IMG/VR virus record: IMGVR_UViG_3300044843_000488
Location: 1-64,000 of that record
DNA: 64,000 nt
From: a virus
Reading direction: 5' to 3' (one strand)
In this document: positions 53,372 through 62,365 of the stretch, one piece after another
Layout of the letters: every line of letters starts with the position of its first letter
Position numbering within the stretch: position 1 is the first letter of the stretch
The notes under the pieces: model-generated
Told to the model about the DNA's origin: nothing
What the model saw: the letters and a program-made list of their open reading frames with translations, nothing else
Databases searched by the model: none
Translations under genes and position numbers: made by a program

Positions 53372-54786
53372 TAGATCAAGTCCAACCAGTCAGTCGTGGG
53401 CGTTGTAGCAACTGCAGACAGCGCCAGCGCAAGAGCCATGACTGAGTCGTCGTGAGCACCATCGCCTGCACAGCGATCTCCGGTTTCGAGCTGCCGGAAC
53501 ATCAGCATCTCGTGATAAAAGGGCTCTCTTGGAACGACGAGCTCCTCCCGCTCTAGGAAGTAGGTGATGCGGTCGGTATTGCTGATCTTGTTGGGACGGT
53601 TGGTGTTGTAGGGCTCGACCATGTACTTGGCCAGTGCCTTAGAAAGAACCTCAGATACGACAGCACCAACGCCGTTCTTTTCGCAGATCACCTTGTTAGG
53701 GGTGAAGTTCTCTGCCTGCTCGATGATCTGTTGGATGCAGTAGTCGCTGGACTTGTAGCGGGTGCGGAAGATGTTGACGACTCGGTAGGGCGGCTTGGTT
53801 ATATCCAGGACGACAGAGCACCAGAAGTCGTCGCCACCTGCTGCCGGGTCGACGGCCATGATGTAGTCGCGGTTCATCAGACCGCACTCGATAAGCTCCC
53901 CGTGGCATGCCTTCTCCACCAGGAGCGGGGGGAAGATCTGAGCGTCGGAGGCGACGAAGTCCATTTCGTACTCCTGACGCCAAGCCCGGTCTGTCAGCTT
54001 GGCCTTCGCCTTGGTCTTCTCCGCCCACTGAGGGTCGGCGGCGTAGATCGGGATGTCGGAGTAGTGGATGCGGAAGCGGTTCCAGCCGTCTTCCTCTTCG
54101 CCATGCCAAAGGTTGGCGAACATGTTGCCCATGCCATTCGGCGTGGACAGCAGGATGAGCTTGCCCCGGTCGCCCAGGGTGGCCATCGTGGGTTGCGCTG
54201 CGGTGTAGATCTCTTCAGCGCCGTCTAGGAAAGCGGCCTCATCCAGGACAACAACCGAAACGCTTGGGATTCCACGAGCTGCGCGAGGCGTCGCAGGGAG
54301 GAAGTAAATCGTGCCAAGGCCCTTAAACGAGAGCTCACTATTTGATTCTGTCGTGAACTCGATTCCTGAATCAGCAATACTGGCCGCTTGTGCGCGAATC
54401 CTTTTACCCAGCGCACCAGAGTCAGAGGCAGTTTTAGAGAACACAACCGCTGCAAACCCAGGCTCAGTCAGGGCTCGACACAGTAAATAGGAGCACACCG
54501 TTTCCGATGCGCCCACCTGGCGACTTTTTAGGACAATTGTGTACTGACTCTGACAAATGGAGTTGATCAGCTGCTTCTGAATATCGAAGGGCTGGAAGGG
54601 TTTGACGCTACCGGATGTACGAATCCAGGTCAGCGGGGCGAATTGATCCCAGTGATCAGCAGTGGGGAAGCGAGGTTTGAAGCCAACGGCGGTGGAGGTG
54701 AGGCGTTTTTGTTCCTCTTCCTTCTCACGCTGCGCTTGTAATTTCTCTAACCTCTCCAACCGGGTTAAGAGCTTGGCGCTGGGCAT
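53371..54786 (-). CDS. terL: Terminase large subunit
   Basis: Walker A KSRQVGAS, Walker B VVLDEAAF, STPNG; nuclease AVDPA and HDDSVMA. Confidence 0.95.
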   Translation of the reverse strand: MPSAKLLTRLERLEKLQAQREKEEEQKRLTSTAVGFKPRFPTADHWDQFAPLTWIRTSGSVKPFQPFDIQKQLINSICQSQYTIVLKSRQVGASETVCSYLLCRALTEPGFAAVVFSKTASDSGALGKRIRAQAASIADSGIEFTTESNSELSFKGLGTIYFLPATPRAARGIPSVSVVVLDEAAFLDGAEEIYTAAQPTMATLGDRGKLILLSTPNGMGNMFANLWHGEEEDGWNRFRIHYSDIPIYAADPQWAEKTKAKAKLTDRAWRQEYEMDFVASDAQIFPPLLVEKACHGELIECGLMNRDYIMAVDPAAGGDDFWCSVVLDITKPPYRVVNIFRTRYKSSDYCIQQIIEQAENFTPNKVICEKNGVGAVVSEVLSKALAKYMVEPYNTNRPNKISNTDRITYFLEREELVVPREPFYHEMLMFRQLETGDRCAGDGAHDDSVMALALALSAVATTPTTDWLDLI

Positions 54787-55153
54787 TGGCTTCTAGATGT
54801 TCCAGGCGGCGCTCAATCGTTCTCGCTTCGTATTGCTTATGAGCCGAGTCGATGAGGATCTTGATAGCCTGAACTTTAACGCTCACACTGATTTCCGGAT
54901 CGTCGTTATCGATGATCTCTCGGAGCTTCTGGATCGCCTCGGGCAGAGCTTCTGAGGTGACACCGAAGGTTCGGTGGAAAATTTCTTGCTGGTACTGCCA
55001 GATGGCGTCGTTGAACTCTTCCAGTTGCTTCCACGCGCGGATGCCCTCGGTTGAGCACTTGGCACGCTTCGCTGCCTCCCGCCAGGTTAAGCCAGCTGCT
55101 AGTCCCTGGGCCGCCAGAACCTGGCGCTCATTCAACTCCTTTGGTCTTTCCAT
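54725..55153 (-). CDS. Putative terminase small subunit (HTH)
   Basis: N-terminal HTH (LTWREAAKRAKCS..IRAW); directly upstream of terL. Confidence 0.7.
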   Translation of the reverse strand: MERPKELNERQVLAAQGLAAGLTWREAAKRAKCSTEGIRAWKQLEEFNDAIWQYQQEIFHRTFGVTSEALPEAIQKLREIIDNDDPEISVSVKVQAIKILIDSAHKQYEARTIERRLEHLEANAQRQALNPVGEVREITSAA

Positions 55154-55373
55154 TGAATTGTTCTGAGAGATTCTGTGCTGCTTCCATCGCCGCCCAACGC
55201 ATTCCCGCTGGCTGGATGACGAAGGCGAGTCGAGCTAGCTCGATTGCGGTCTTAAGGAGTTGCTCATGGCTCATCTTTTCAAGCCCTTTTACCAGATTGG
55301 CGTAACGAAGCTGATCGTTAACACTGGCCTCAATCTTCGTCATCGTCGCTCTCGCTTGCGGAGATGCCCTCAT
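55128..55373 (-). CDS. Hypothetical protein
   Basis: Overlap-coupled; start may be MTKIE. Confidence 0.55.
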   Translation of the reverse strand: MRASPQARATMTKIEASVNDQLRYANLVKGLEKMSHEQLLKTAIELARLAFVIQPAGMRWAAMEAAQNLSEQFNGKTKGVE

Positions 55374-55734
55374 GCTGTTCAGCCAGAGCGGATCCCAGAC
55401 GAGAAATGAGTGTGCGGGCGAAGGGGTAGGCAGCTGCCTCGTTCCCTGCTTTGATCCCCCGCTTGATCATGCGAAATAGTTCTTTGTTTTCTGAGCGGCT
55501 GTGCCTTGACTCTTCAAGGCAGGCTCCCATGATTTCTTCCATCGTGCTGTAGTCAGCACGTGCCGCGACCTTGCGGGTGTAGGCGTATGTCAGAACTGAG
55601 GCCAGGCCCCACTCGTCGTAACTCCGTACTAGATCACCGTCGTCATCGATCTCCTCGAACTGTTTGGCAAGAGGATGAACGTACGCTGAAGGAATCAGCG
55701 CGAGCGGTACAGCACAATCTGTGGTGTATTCCAC
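55330..55734 (-). CDS. Hypothetical protein
   Basis: 134-aa ORF with protein-like composition. Confidence 0.6.
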   Translation of the reverse strand: MEYTTDCAVPLALIPSAYVHPLAKQFEEIDDDGDLVRSYDEWGLASVLTYAYTRKVAARADYSTMEEIMGACLEESRHSRSENKELFRMIKRGIKAGNEAAAYPFARTLISRLGSALAEQHEGISASESDDDED

Positions 55735-55768
55735 TGGCAGTAGAAGTACCTGCCCTATTCAAGCGTTT

Positions 55769-55933
55769 TTATAGCGCAAATTTTTTCCCGGGAGTACGGC
55801 GGATACGGTACGGCGCGTCTCCACTGATAAATCTGTTGTTTGCTTGCCTGATTTCCTCGTCAGTGATCGACATAATCGTGTACAGATCCCCAGAGGGTTC
55901 TGTGAGCTTGACCATTACTGCGGGAGCGCCCAT
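55769..55933 (-). CDS. Hypothetical protein (54 aa)
   Basis: MGAPAVMVKLTEPSGDLYTIMSITDEEIRQANNRF...; fills a gap in the operon. Confidence 0.45.
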   Translation of the reverse strand: MGAPAVMVKLTEPSGDLYTIMSITDEEIRQANNRFISGDAPYRIRRTPGKKFAL

Positions 55934-55995
55934 TCTTCGGCTTTCGGCGATCCCAAAATTAGCCTCAAATGCTGCCTCAAGCCTTAAGACAAAAC

Positions 55996-56187
55996 CTAGT
56001 CTTGCCAGTCATCGTCGTACACCGATACCGAGCTAAATCTCGATTCTTTAGGGGTACGCTTTGGCTGCCTGTGGACTCGTATTATCTCGAATCCCAATAA
56101 ACGACAAATACGCGAAATCCAGCTAAACCGCTTGCCCATGGCGTTTTTCGCTTTTTCCAGTTTTACATCAATGGTGAATCTTTGCAT
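55996..56187 (-). CDS. Hypothetical protein
   Basis: Small basic ORF. Confidence 0.45.
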   Translation of the reverse strand: MQRFTIDVKLEKAKNAMGKRFSWISRICRLLGFEIIRVHRQPKRTPKESRFSSVSVYDDDWQD

Positions 56188-56193
56188 CCATTG

Positions 56194-56225
56194 AAAAAGC
56201 CAGGCTGGGTGGTCCCAACCTGGCT
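56194..56225 (-). terminator. Rho-independent terminator near the early/late boundary
   Basis: Minus strand AGCCAGGTTGGG-ACCA-CCCAGCCTGGC followed by TTTTT. Confidence 0.75.
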
Positions 56226-56366
56226 GGTTTGGTTTTTAAAGCTACAGAATCTCTTTTGATTCGTTAGATTGAGTCCGCACCGAAGAACAAGCTCGTCAGG
56301 TGCTTACTACCGGTGGGGGAGTGGAGTTAGAGCTTGTCCACTCCTGAAATGAGGCGGGTCCTCTGA

Positions 56367-56513
56367 TCAAGGATCCACCTCGCCCTCCAGCTGGTACCCC
56401 CACTCCGATGCGAGGGCTTCAGCCTCTTTCATTTTTGCCTGATCTAGCAGCTCTATAACTCTCTCGCTGCACCAAAGCGTGTTTAGGTCAGCGAGAGACA
56501 CAACTGTGTACAT
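56367..56513 (-). CDS. Hypothetical protein (48 aa)
   Basis: MYTVVSLADLNTLWCSERVIELL..AEALASEWG. Confidence 0.5.
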   Translation of the reverse strand: MYTVVSLADLNTLWCSERVIELLDQAKMKEAEALASEWGYQLEGEVDP

Positions 56514-56518
56514 TGCCT

Positions 56519-56719
56519 TCACATTGCCACGTCTACTTTAGTGGTAGCTGTAGTAGTTGTGGGCTCTGTAACGGGTTCGGTGTTCAGCACTTCTAGCCGA
56601 GTGGTTGCCGAAACTATGCCGTCTGCAATTGCGCATCCTGCTTCCAGAATTTCAATTGCACGCGGTTTCAGCGCCTCTAGAAAGAACGAAACAAAAAGTG
56701 CGCGGCGTTTGAGGCTCAT
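56519..56719 (-). CDS. Hypothetical protein
   Basis: GGAGGAAG RBS before the ATG. Confidence 0.55.
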   Translation of the reverse strand: MSLKRRALFVSFFLEALKPRAIEILEAGCAIADGIVSATTRLEVLNTEPVTEPTTTTATTKVDVAM

Positions 56720-56998
56720 TCTTCCTCCATTTCAAAAACAGTTTCTAGTGCGCGTATGTATCCATCCCAGTAGATCCTGGCGTAATGCTCCTTCTCTTCT
56801 GTGTTTCGGCTGTTCTCTCTCGCATACGAGAGGAGACGGATGAGGGCTGGCCTTGAGACGTCGATTGAGGGTTCTGTGGTGATTGGCATGGTGGTAGTAC
56901 GTGAGAGCCGTCTGAATAGATTTGATTAGCCCAGAAGCGTTGCATTGCCCCAGAGAGCATCCTGAAACTCTTCTTGCGCTGTTGACGTGAGGGCATTT

Positions 56999-57349
56999 TT
57001 AGCTATGAGCTTCTATGAAGCAGTCAATGAAATCATTAACGTCAAAAGGTTTCTCGTGATGCTCGCTATACAAAGCAATTGAGTTCTCCAGTGCATCCTT
57101 AGAGCGCTTCAGCTTCGCTGCCTTTTCCGGGTAGTTATTGTCTAACTCGCATAAGCATGCGGTTAGGTCAGCGAGCATAATCCTTGCGTGATCTGTTGTG
57201 CTTGCGTTTAGCGGAACGATCAGGCTGAGTTTTATTGAACGACACCCTTCTGGATCCATTCCAAACTTGCGCATGAACTGCGCCAGCGGATCGTTGGCTA
57301 TGTCCTCGTCAGCAATGGTCACGAGGCACTCGTGCATTAGTTTTGTCAT
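56999..57349 (-). CDS. Hypothetical early protein
   Basis: Start MTKLMH directly after CTCTCTCACC. Confidence 0.65.
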   Translation of the reverse strand: MTKLMHECLVTIADEDIANDPLAQFMRKFGMDPEGCRSIKLSLIVPLNASTTDHARIMLADLTACLCELDNNYPEKAAKLKRSKDALENSIALYSEHHEKPFDVNDFIDCFIEAHS

Positions 57350-57607
57350 GGTGAGAGAGAGAGAGCTGGTTCGGTGCAAAAAATAAAAATGGTGGCTGGG
57401 CTTACGGCTGAGCTCTTGCATCCGGCCTGGAACGAGCATTACGCGGAATCACCGGATGTCCTCGACGGGACCCATTGGCTTCAGGGAGAGGCTTGCCGCC
57501 ATGTCTGGAAACACAGTGGTCCCCACCACCTGACCCGGGTAGTGGCAAGCATCACCAGGGAGAGCTAGGGGAGCATGCAAGCTCCCCATCCACCTGCCAG
57601 CTATCAA

Positions 57608-58747
57608 TCAGACGAGCTCCATGCAAGCCTCACGAGCGCGGCTGATGCGCTCAGCGCCCTGGCCACCCCACAGGGATTCCAGGCGTGTGCGTGCCCTCTC
57701 GATCTCGTCCTTGGACCGACCGGCGTCGTGGGTTTCGAACTGGCTGATGGCCTGGAACATGGCCCAGACGCTGCCGGGTTCAATGCCGAAACCGGTGTTG
57801 CCGCTGTAGTGGGAGCGGATGGTTGCGATCTGGGGCAGGTCTGAGAGCTTTCGCTCCCGCTTCACCTTCGTATCCTTGTCCGTAATAGGACGGGCGAGGA
57901 CGTCTGAATAGGTGCTTTCCAGGATGTGCCGTGCCATCTCCTCGTTCAGCTTCAGGGTGGTGAGGGGCTTTAGGGCTTCCAGGTCGCGGCTGAACTTCTG
58001 CTGCTCAAGATTGATCAGCGCGGGGAGGCTCTTGGCGAACTGCTCGACGCTCTTGGTGTGGCGCATCACCAGACCAGCATCGGCGTGCTGGGCTTTGCGG
58101 GCACCCTTGCCGCTCAGGTAGCGGAGCTGGTTGGCGCAGACCAGGCGGACGTCGCTGAAGAACACGCCAAAGGCGCTGGAGCCGTCGAAGCTGTTGAAGG
58201 CGTGGAGGTACCGGCGGACCTTGTCGCCTTCGGTGACCTCACCCTCGATGTTGCAGGAGGCGGTGACGAAGACCTTGCGCCCGTCGCGGATGCTGACGAT
58301 GTTGTCGATCTCGACGTCCTCGCGGAGGTACTCGAAGAGCTGGATCAGACTGTCGTTCTGGACAGGGGTGTAGCCCTTGCCCATGATGCCCAGCAGCGCT
58401 CCGGTGTCGCAGCGGGTGATGGCGCAGTGGTCCGGAGACTCATCCATCACCCGATCCAGGATGCTATCTGGCGTTGCAAAGAACACTGGGGTCTGAGCGA
58501 CGCGGAAGTCGGCGCCGGCCATCTGGAAGGCTTGGCGGGGGGTGGCGTCTTGAGGCACCACAGTGCCGCCTGCCTGGGCTGCCAGGGGGTTAACGCTGTA
58601 GCCCCGGTCCTGGAAACGACCAGGCTTGAGGAGCTGCTTCTCCCGGGCAAACTCTTGGGAGATGCTGTTGACGAGCTGGGTGCGGAACTGCATGTCCGAC
58701 ATGGACAGAGCTTCGGGGGTGTCGGCGTGAGTGGGGGTGATGGTCAT
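57608..58747 (-). CDS. DUF932 (DUF945/TIGR03299-like) family protein
   Basis: Y.PVQN, G.KVF, NSFDGSS, VRLVCANQ, RHT and W....A..F..H motifs. Confidence 0.85.
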   Translation of the reverse strand: MTITPTHADTPEALSMSDMQFRTQLVNSISQEFAREKQLLKPGRFQDRGYSVNPLAAQAGGTVVPQDATPRQAFQMAGADFRVAQTPVFFATPDSILDRVMDESPDHCAITRCDTGALLGIMGKGYTPVQNDSLIQLFEYLREDVEIDNIVSIRDGRKVFVTASCNIEGEVTEGDKVRRYLHAFNSFDGSSAFGVFFSDVRLVCANQLRYLSGKGARKAQHADAGLVMRHTKSVEQFAKSLPALINLEQQKFSRDLEALKPLTTLKLNEEMARHILESTYSDVLARPITDKDTKVKRERKLSDLPQIATIRSHYSGNTGFGIEPGSVWAMFQAISQFETHDAGRSKDEIERARTRLESLWGGQGAERISRAREACMELV

Positions 58748-58919
58748 GGTGAGAAAAGGGTTGGTGAGAGAGTCCAGGCGGCAGTGGTGCCGCTGTACAA
58801 ATCAGGATACGTGGCCTGTCCAAACAAAACCGGACAGATAAGCGATCCTGATGTGGTTGTGGTATTTTGATCCTGCACCACCCGTCCGCTTCGATGCGGG
58901 TGGATGGTGAGAGAGTCCC

Positions 58920-58947
58920 GCCCCGGTGTGAGAGCCGGGGCTTTTTT
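58920..58947 (+). terminator. Hairpin with U-tract on the + strand (antisense to the early genes; possibly bidirectional)
   Basis: GCCCCGG-TGTGAGAG-CCGGGGC followed by TTTTTT. Confidence 0.55.
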
Positions 58948-58950
58948 GTG

Positions 58951-59106
58951 TCAGGACGCTGCCGGCAGTCGGACCTCAAGGGTCTGGCCATCGTCACAGG
59001 GCACTGATAGGTCGGTGGTGCCGTCAGGCTTGGTCACGACCGTGATAATGCGGCCACCTGGCAGCTCAATGCGTGCCACCTGGCCAACGGGGATGTCGAG
59101 CCACAT
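58951..59106 (-). CDS. Hypothetical protein (51 aa)
   Basis: MWLDIPVGQVARIELPGG... Confidence 0.5.
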   Translation of the reverse strand: MWLDIPVGQVARIELPGGRIITVVTKPDGTTDLSVPCDDGQTLEVRLPAAS

Positions 59107-59108
59107 GC

Positions 59109-59306
59109 TCAGAACTCGTAGTAGAAGGCGCCCTCCCAGGTGTCAAAGGGAGGGCTGGTTTCGAGGCGGCGCATCTTGAGGGCCTCCCAGTAGGGGAAGC
59201 ACCTGCTGATCTCGCAGACCGTCTTGGTGGCCAAGGTGTCGGAGTCGAACACCAGGCCAGGGGTGGCACTGGCCCCGTTGCTGAAGCGCACTTTGCGGAA
59301 GGTCAT
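59109..59306 (-). CDS. Hypothetical protein
   Basis: Closely spaced small ORF with GC3-rich codons. Confidence 0.55.
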   Translation of the reverse strand: MTFRKVRFSNGASATPGLVFDSDTLATKTVCEISRCFPYWEALKMRRLETSPPFDTWEGAFYYEF

Positions 59307-59309
59307 AGC

Positions 59310-59537
59310 TCAGTGCACCGTGAAGTAGAGCCGATCCTGTTTGCGGACTTTGCCCCGCTGGATCAGCTTCTCCAGCAGGCCGTAGCTGAACCACTGCCTG
59401 GAGTCGTTGTACCCAATGGCTTTGCCTACATCGGCGTTGCGAACGCCACTTGGGTTGCAATCCAGGAAGTCAATGATGTGCCGCTCAAGGGTGTAGGAGT
59501 CGATGAGAGGCTCTGGGAAGGTGACGGGCTTGGTCAT
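59310..59537 (-). CDS. Winged-helix DNA-binding protein (putative)
   Basis: GVRNADVGKAIG..YGLLEKLIQRGKV wHTH pattern. Confidence 0.65.
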   Translation of the reverse strand: MTKPVTFPEPLIDSYTLERHIIDFLDCNPSGVRNADVGKAIGYNDSRQWFSYGLLEKLIQRGKVRKQDRLYFTVH

Positions 59538-59610
59538 GGTGAGAGTTGTTGGTGAGAGAGGGGGAGGTGAGTCCCCAAGAGAGCCCCGGAGGGCTCCGTT
59601 GGGGATTCAG

Positions 59611-59955
59611 TTAGAAGCGCTGAATGGAGACCCGACCGATTCCGTCAGTCGGTACGCCAAGAGCTTTGGCGGCGGCGTAGGAAAGGTCGATGCCACAGGC
59701 ACACCTGTCGTTCACACGCACTGGGAGCTCTCGCCCTTTGTGGCGGATCAGGAGCTTCGTCCCGCAGGGATAGTGCGGGTGAGCTGCTGAGATCACAGAG
59801 TCCTGGTAAATATCACCGCAGGCTGTTCTGCGGCCGATGTACCAGGGGTGGTAGACAGTTGCCGTTGTGTGATCACCAGTGTGGTGAGCAAACGACGGGG
59901 TGGCTGACACCACTGCGAAAAGCGTCAGTGCGCAGTTACGAAGAAAAGTCATCAA
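59611..59955 (-). CDS. RlpA-like double-psi beta-barrel (lytic transglycosylase-like) protein with signal peptide
   Basis: GRRTACG, SAAHP.YPCGT, VRVNDR and IDLSYAAAKALG. Confidence 0.85.
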   Translation of the reverse strand: MMTFLRNCALTLFAVVSATPSFAHHTGDHTTATVYHPWYIGRRTACGDIYQDSVISAAHPHYPCGTKLLIRHKGRELPVRVNDRCACGIDLSYAAAKALGVPTDGIGRVSIQRF

Positions 59956-60310
59956 TCAATTGCAGGGAACAAGCAACAGGACTCACAGGTGTACACAAGA
60001 GGGAATCGAAAGCGCGAGTCTGTTGATTGGGCGACGGCCGATTGATTCGGTCGTAGGAGCGGATAGGTGAGCGTCGGGTGGAATACCGATCTTCAATCTC
60101 CACTTCAATGCCCTGGGAAGCACACATTTCCAGAAAGAACGGGGCATCGCAGTCTTCTTCGAGATAGAGAGACTTGCCCTGTTCGTAGGAGTAGTCGGAA
60201 ATGCATGTAAGCGTTCCGACTACTTCTTCTACTATCTCTCGTTTGACAGATAGCCATGCGTGACCAGGGTCGTGGCGCATGATCAATTTGAGCTTTTTAG
60301 GTCTGTTCAT
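59936..60310 (-). CDS. Conserved phage hypothetical protein
   Basis: DPGHAWL, ISDYSY and YLEEDCDA motifs. Confidence 0.7.
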   Translation of the reverse strand: MNRPKKLKLIMRHDPGHAWLSVKREIVEEVVGTLTCISDYSYEQGKSLYLEEDCDAPFFLEMCASQGIEVEIEDRYSTRRSPIRSYDRINRPSPNQQTRAFDSLLCTPVSPVACSLQLIDDFSS

Positions 60311-60555
60311 TCGGTTGGGTCGAAGTTCACAATGCGGTCAAGAGCGTCGAGGGCTTCCTCTAGCCACTCCTCAAAGGGGTGACCAAGAGCGTCCATCTGA
60401 TGACGCTCGGCGTCCTGGTATTGGATCTCAAGCAGTTCGCGATAGATCCGTTCGATCTGGGAAAGATGGCCCAGGCCGTAACGGTTCTCGCGAGCTCGCA
60501 TACGATTCAAAATCTCCAGGTTTTGATCGCGACGGGTTAGTTCGTGGAGTTTCAT
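60307..60555 (-). CDS. Hypothetical protein
   Basis: Start MKLHEL (ATGA coupling). Confidence 0.55.
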   Translation of the reverse strand: MKLHELTRRDQNLEILNRMRARENRYGLGHLSQIERIYRELLEIQYQDAERHQMDALGHPFEEWLEEALDALDRIVNFDPTE

Positions 60556-60728
60556 ACAGGAATGGGCCAGATGGCTTTTGGTTGAGCAACTCGAAGGATT
60601 TGCGTGCGAGTGGTCGGAGAATCTGTGACGAAGATCTGGCCAGTATTTGTGTCGGTAACGACAAAGAAACAGCGATTCGTAACAGTCGCGCATGTACGAG
60701 CGCGGAACTCAAGATCATCGAGAGACAT
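60552..60728 (-). CDS. Hypothetical protein
   Basis: Start MSLDDL after the TCTCTCACC motif. Confidence 0.55.
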   Translation of the reverse strand: MSLDDLEFRARTCATVTNRCFFVVTDTNTGQIFVTDSPTTRTQILRVAQPKAIWPIPV

Positions 60729-60870
60729 TGTTAGAGGTGAGAGATGGAGATGCGTGGGTCGAGAACAGCTCATCTGTGGAAGGCCACGGTGTAAAAGCGA
60801 GAACTGTTGTGCAGAAGATGATCACTGCACCCGTGAGAAGCCGCTCTGTGACTGAGGTTTGGGGAAACAT
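60715..60870 (-). CDS. Small membrane peptide (51 aa)
   Basis: MFPQTSVTERLLTGAVIIFCTTVLAFTPW... Confidence 0.4.
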   Translation of the reverse strand: MFPQTSVTERLLTGAVIIFCTTVLAFTPWPSTDELFSTHASPSLTSNNVSR

Positions 60871-60872
60871 GC

Positions 60873-61280
60873 TCAATCCTCTTCGGCGGCCAGACCCGTA
60901 GCTTTGACAGTCAGATAGACAGATTCGCTGGCGGTAGCGATGCCATCTTCCTGCTCCTTGCGTTGTGCATGTTTGATGCGCTCTGCTTCACGACGCAGCT
61001 CATCGCTGTAGCGCCACACCTTTCGGCGGCAGATCACAACCTGTTTGTCATCCAGCTGGGCAGCCTGAATGTCACGGCTATCCATGTAGGTGAGCAGTTG
61101 AGCCTGCAGAGCTTTGATGTCGCTCTCCATCTGGCTGTACTGCCCTTTGAGATTTAAGTAGATCTGCAGCTGTCGCTCGTAGATCTCTTCATTCCAGGAT
61201 TCAGCAGTCATCTTGCGAGATGCAGTGGTTGAGAACTTGATGCGTTGTTTGGGGCGATTGCGAGTTGTTGAGATTGTCAT
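60873..61280 (-). CDS. Coiled-coil hypothetical protein
   Basis: Start follows CTCTCTCACC; heptad-rich. Confidence 0.65.
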   Translation of the reverse strand: MTISTTRNRPKQRIKFSTTASRKMTAESWNEEIYERQLQIYLNLKGQYSQMESDIKALQAQLLTYMDSRDIQAAQLDDKQVVICRRKVWRYSDELRREAERIKHAQRKEQEDGIATASESVYLTVKATGLAAEED

Positions 61281-61338
61281 GGTGAGAGAGTTGATGTGAC
61301 TGTCCGCGTGTGGGATGCGCGGCCCCCATAAATAGGAA

Positions 61339-61692
61339 TCAGCGGAGAGCCCAGGCGCGGCGCTCTGTGAGGACTACTTGCCTGGATGTGGTGAACTCGC
61401 TGTAGTCGTGGCGCCACACAAAGGTGTCGTGAATTGTGGGGACGTAGGCGAGCTGTTTGTGGTCCGGTGTGAGATCGAATAGGCCGGTCTCGACATCACC
61501 TTCTAGGAAGGCGTGCACATACTTCTTGCCCTCACGACGGGTGCGCTCCTGGCCATGTTTGTGAATGACAGGCTGCACGTTGTTTAAGGCAAGGAAGTTG
61601 GTATGAGTGCACAAACGCCAACCTTTGCCGGGCTCACGTTTGAGGACACTCCAGCACTTTTGGTGGAGGTTGAAATAAACACGCACTTTCAT
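61339..61692 (-). CDS. Conserved phage hypothetical protein
   Basis: VRVYFNLH..WSV and R.R.E.KKYVHAF motifs. Confidence 0.7.
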   Translation of the reverse strand: MKVRVYFNLHQKCWSVLKREPGKGWRLCTHTNFLALNNVQPVIHKHGQERTRREGKKYVHAFLEGDVETGLFDLTPDHKQLAYVPTIHDTFVWRHDYSEFTTSRQVVLTERRAWALR

Positions 61693-61931
61693 GGTTCGGT
61701 GATTGTGATGTTTGTGGTCTCACAGATAGGGAGTCCGGCCCAGTCAGGGTCGCCATGTTTCTTGACCCAACGACACCAGCGGCGGTTGTTGGATACAACA
61801 AACCAATCCGTATCTGTTTCTTGTTCAATCAGCACAACGGGCTCGTTGTTCATTGCATTGGCAAGTCGATTCCTCGCCTTTTTGCTTTGAGGAATTAACC
61901 AGAGCTGGTTTGTCATGTTCATTGGCCACAT
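61689..61931 (-). CDS. Hypothetical protein
   Basis: SKKARNRLANAM..W..K..DPDW. Confidence 0.6.
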   Translation of the reverse strand: MWPMNMTNQLWLIPQSKKARNRLANAMNNEPVVLIEQETDTDWFVVSNNRRWCRWVKKHGDPDWAGLPICETTNITITEP

Positions 61932-62149
61932 CCGTAGATTTCACGACGACGATCACGCAATCCATCACAGCAACCGTCATCTTCTGCGCTGCATTGCATA
62001 TACACAGAAGCGTGTCTGCGTTGCTTAAATGTCACATCACGCCACTGAGTGATGAAATTTTTGCGCCTGTAGATGTTGGCTTCGGTCTTTGCTTGTGCGA
62101 ATGTGTCAGCCGAGGCAACAACTTGTCCTTTGTAGTAAATGTCAAACAT
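61919..62149 (-). CDS. Hypothetical protein
   Basis: Coupled small ORF. Confidence 0.5.
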   Translation of the reverse strand: MFDIYYKGQVVASADTFAQAKTEANIYRRKNFITQWRDVTFKQRRHASVYMQCSAEDDGCCDGLRDRRREIYGCGQ

Positions 62150-62324
62150 GATTGGCCTCCTTAATGTCTGCGTGGGTTAGTTCTTCTTCAGAGAGAATGT
62201 CTATGTAGCCGTGCGGATACACATTGCAGAAGTAATCAAGGTTGTGATCAGCTTCGGTATATGTGAAATAGACAGCGAGCTTTTCGTAGCCGTACGGCGT
62301 CACGTTGACGATGTAGTGTTCCAT
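62142..62324 (-). CDS. Hypothetical protein
   Basis: Start MEHYIV downstream of CTCTCTCACC. Confidence 0.55.
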   Translation of the reverse strand: MEHYIVNVTPYGYEKLAVYFTYTEADHNLDYFCNVYPHGYIDILSEEELTHADIKEANHV

Positions 62325-62365
62325 GGAAGATACGGTGAGAGAGCTTACAAGACCAGATAAGGACA

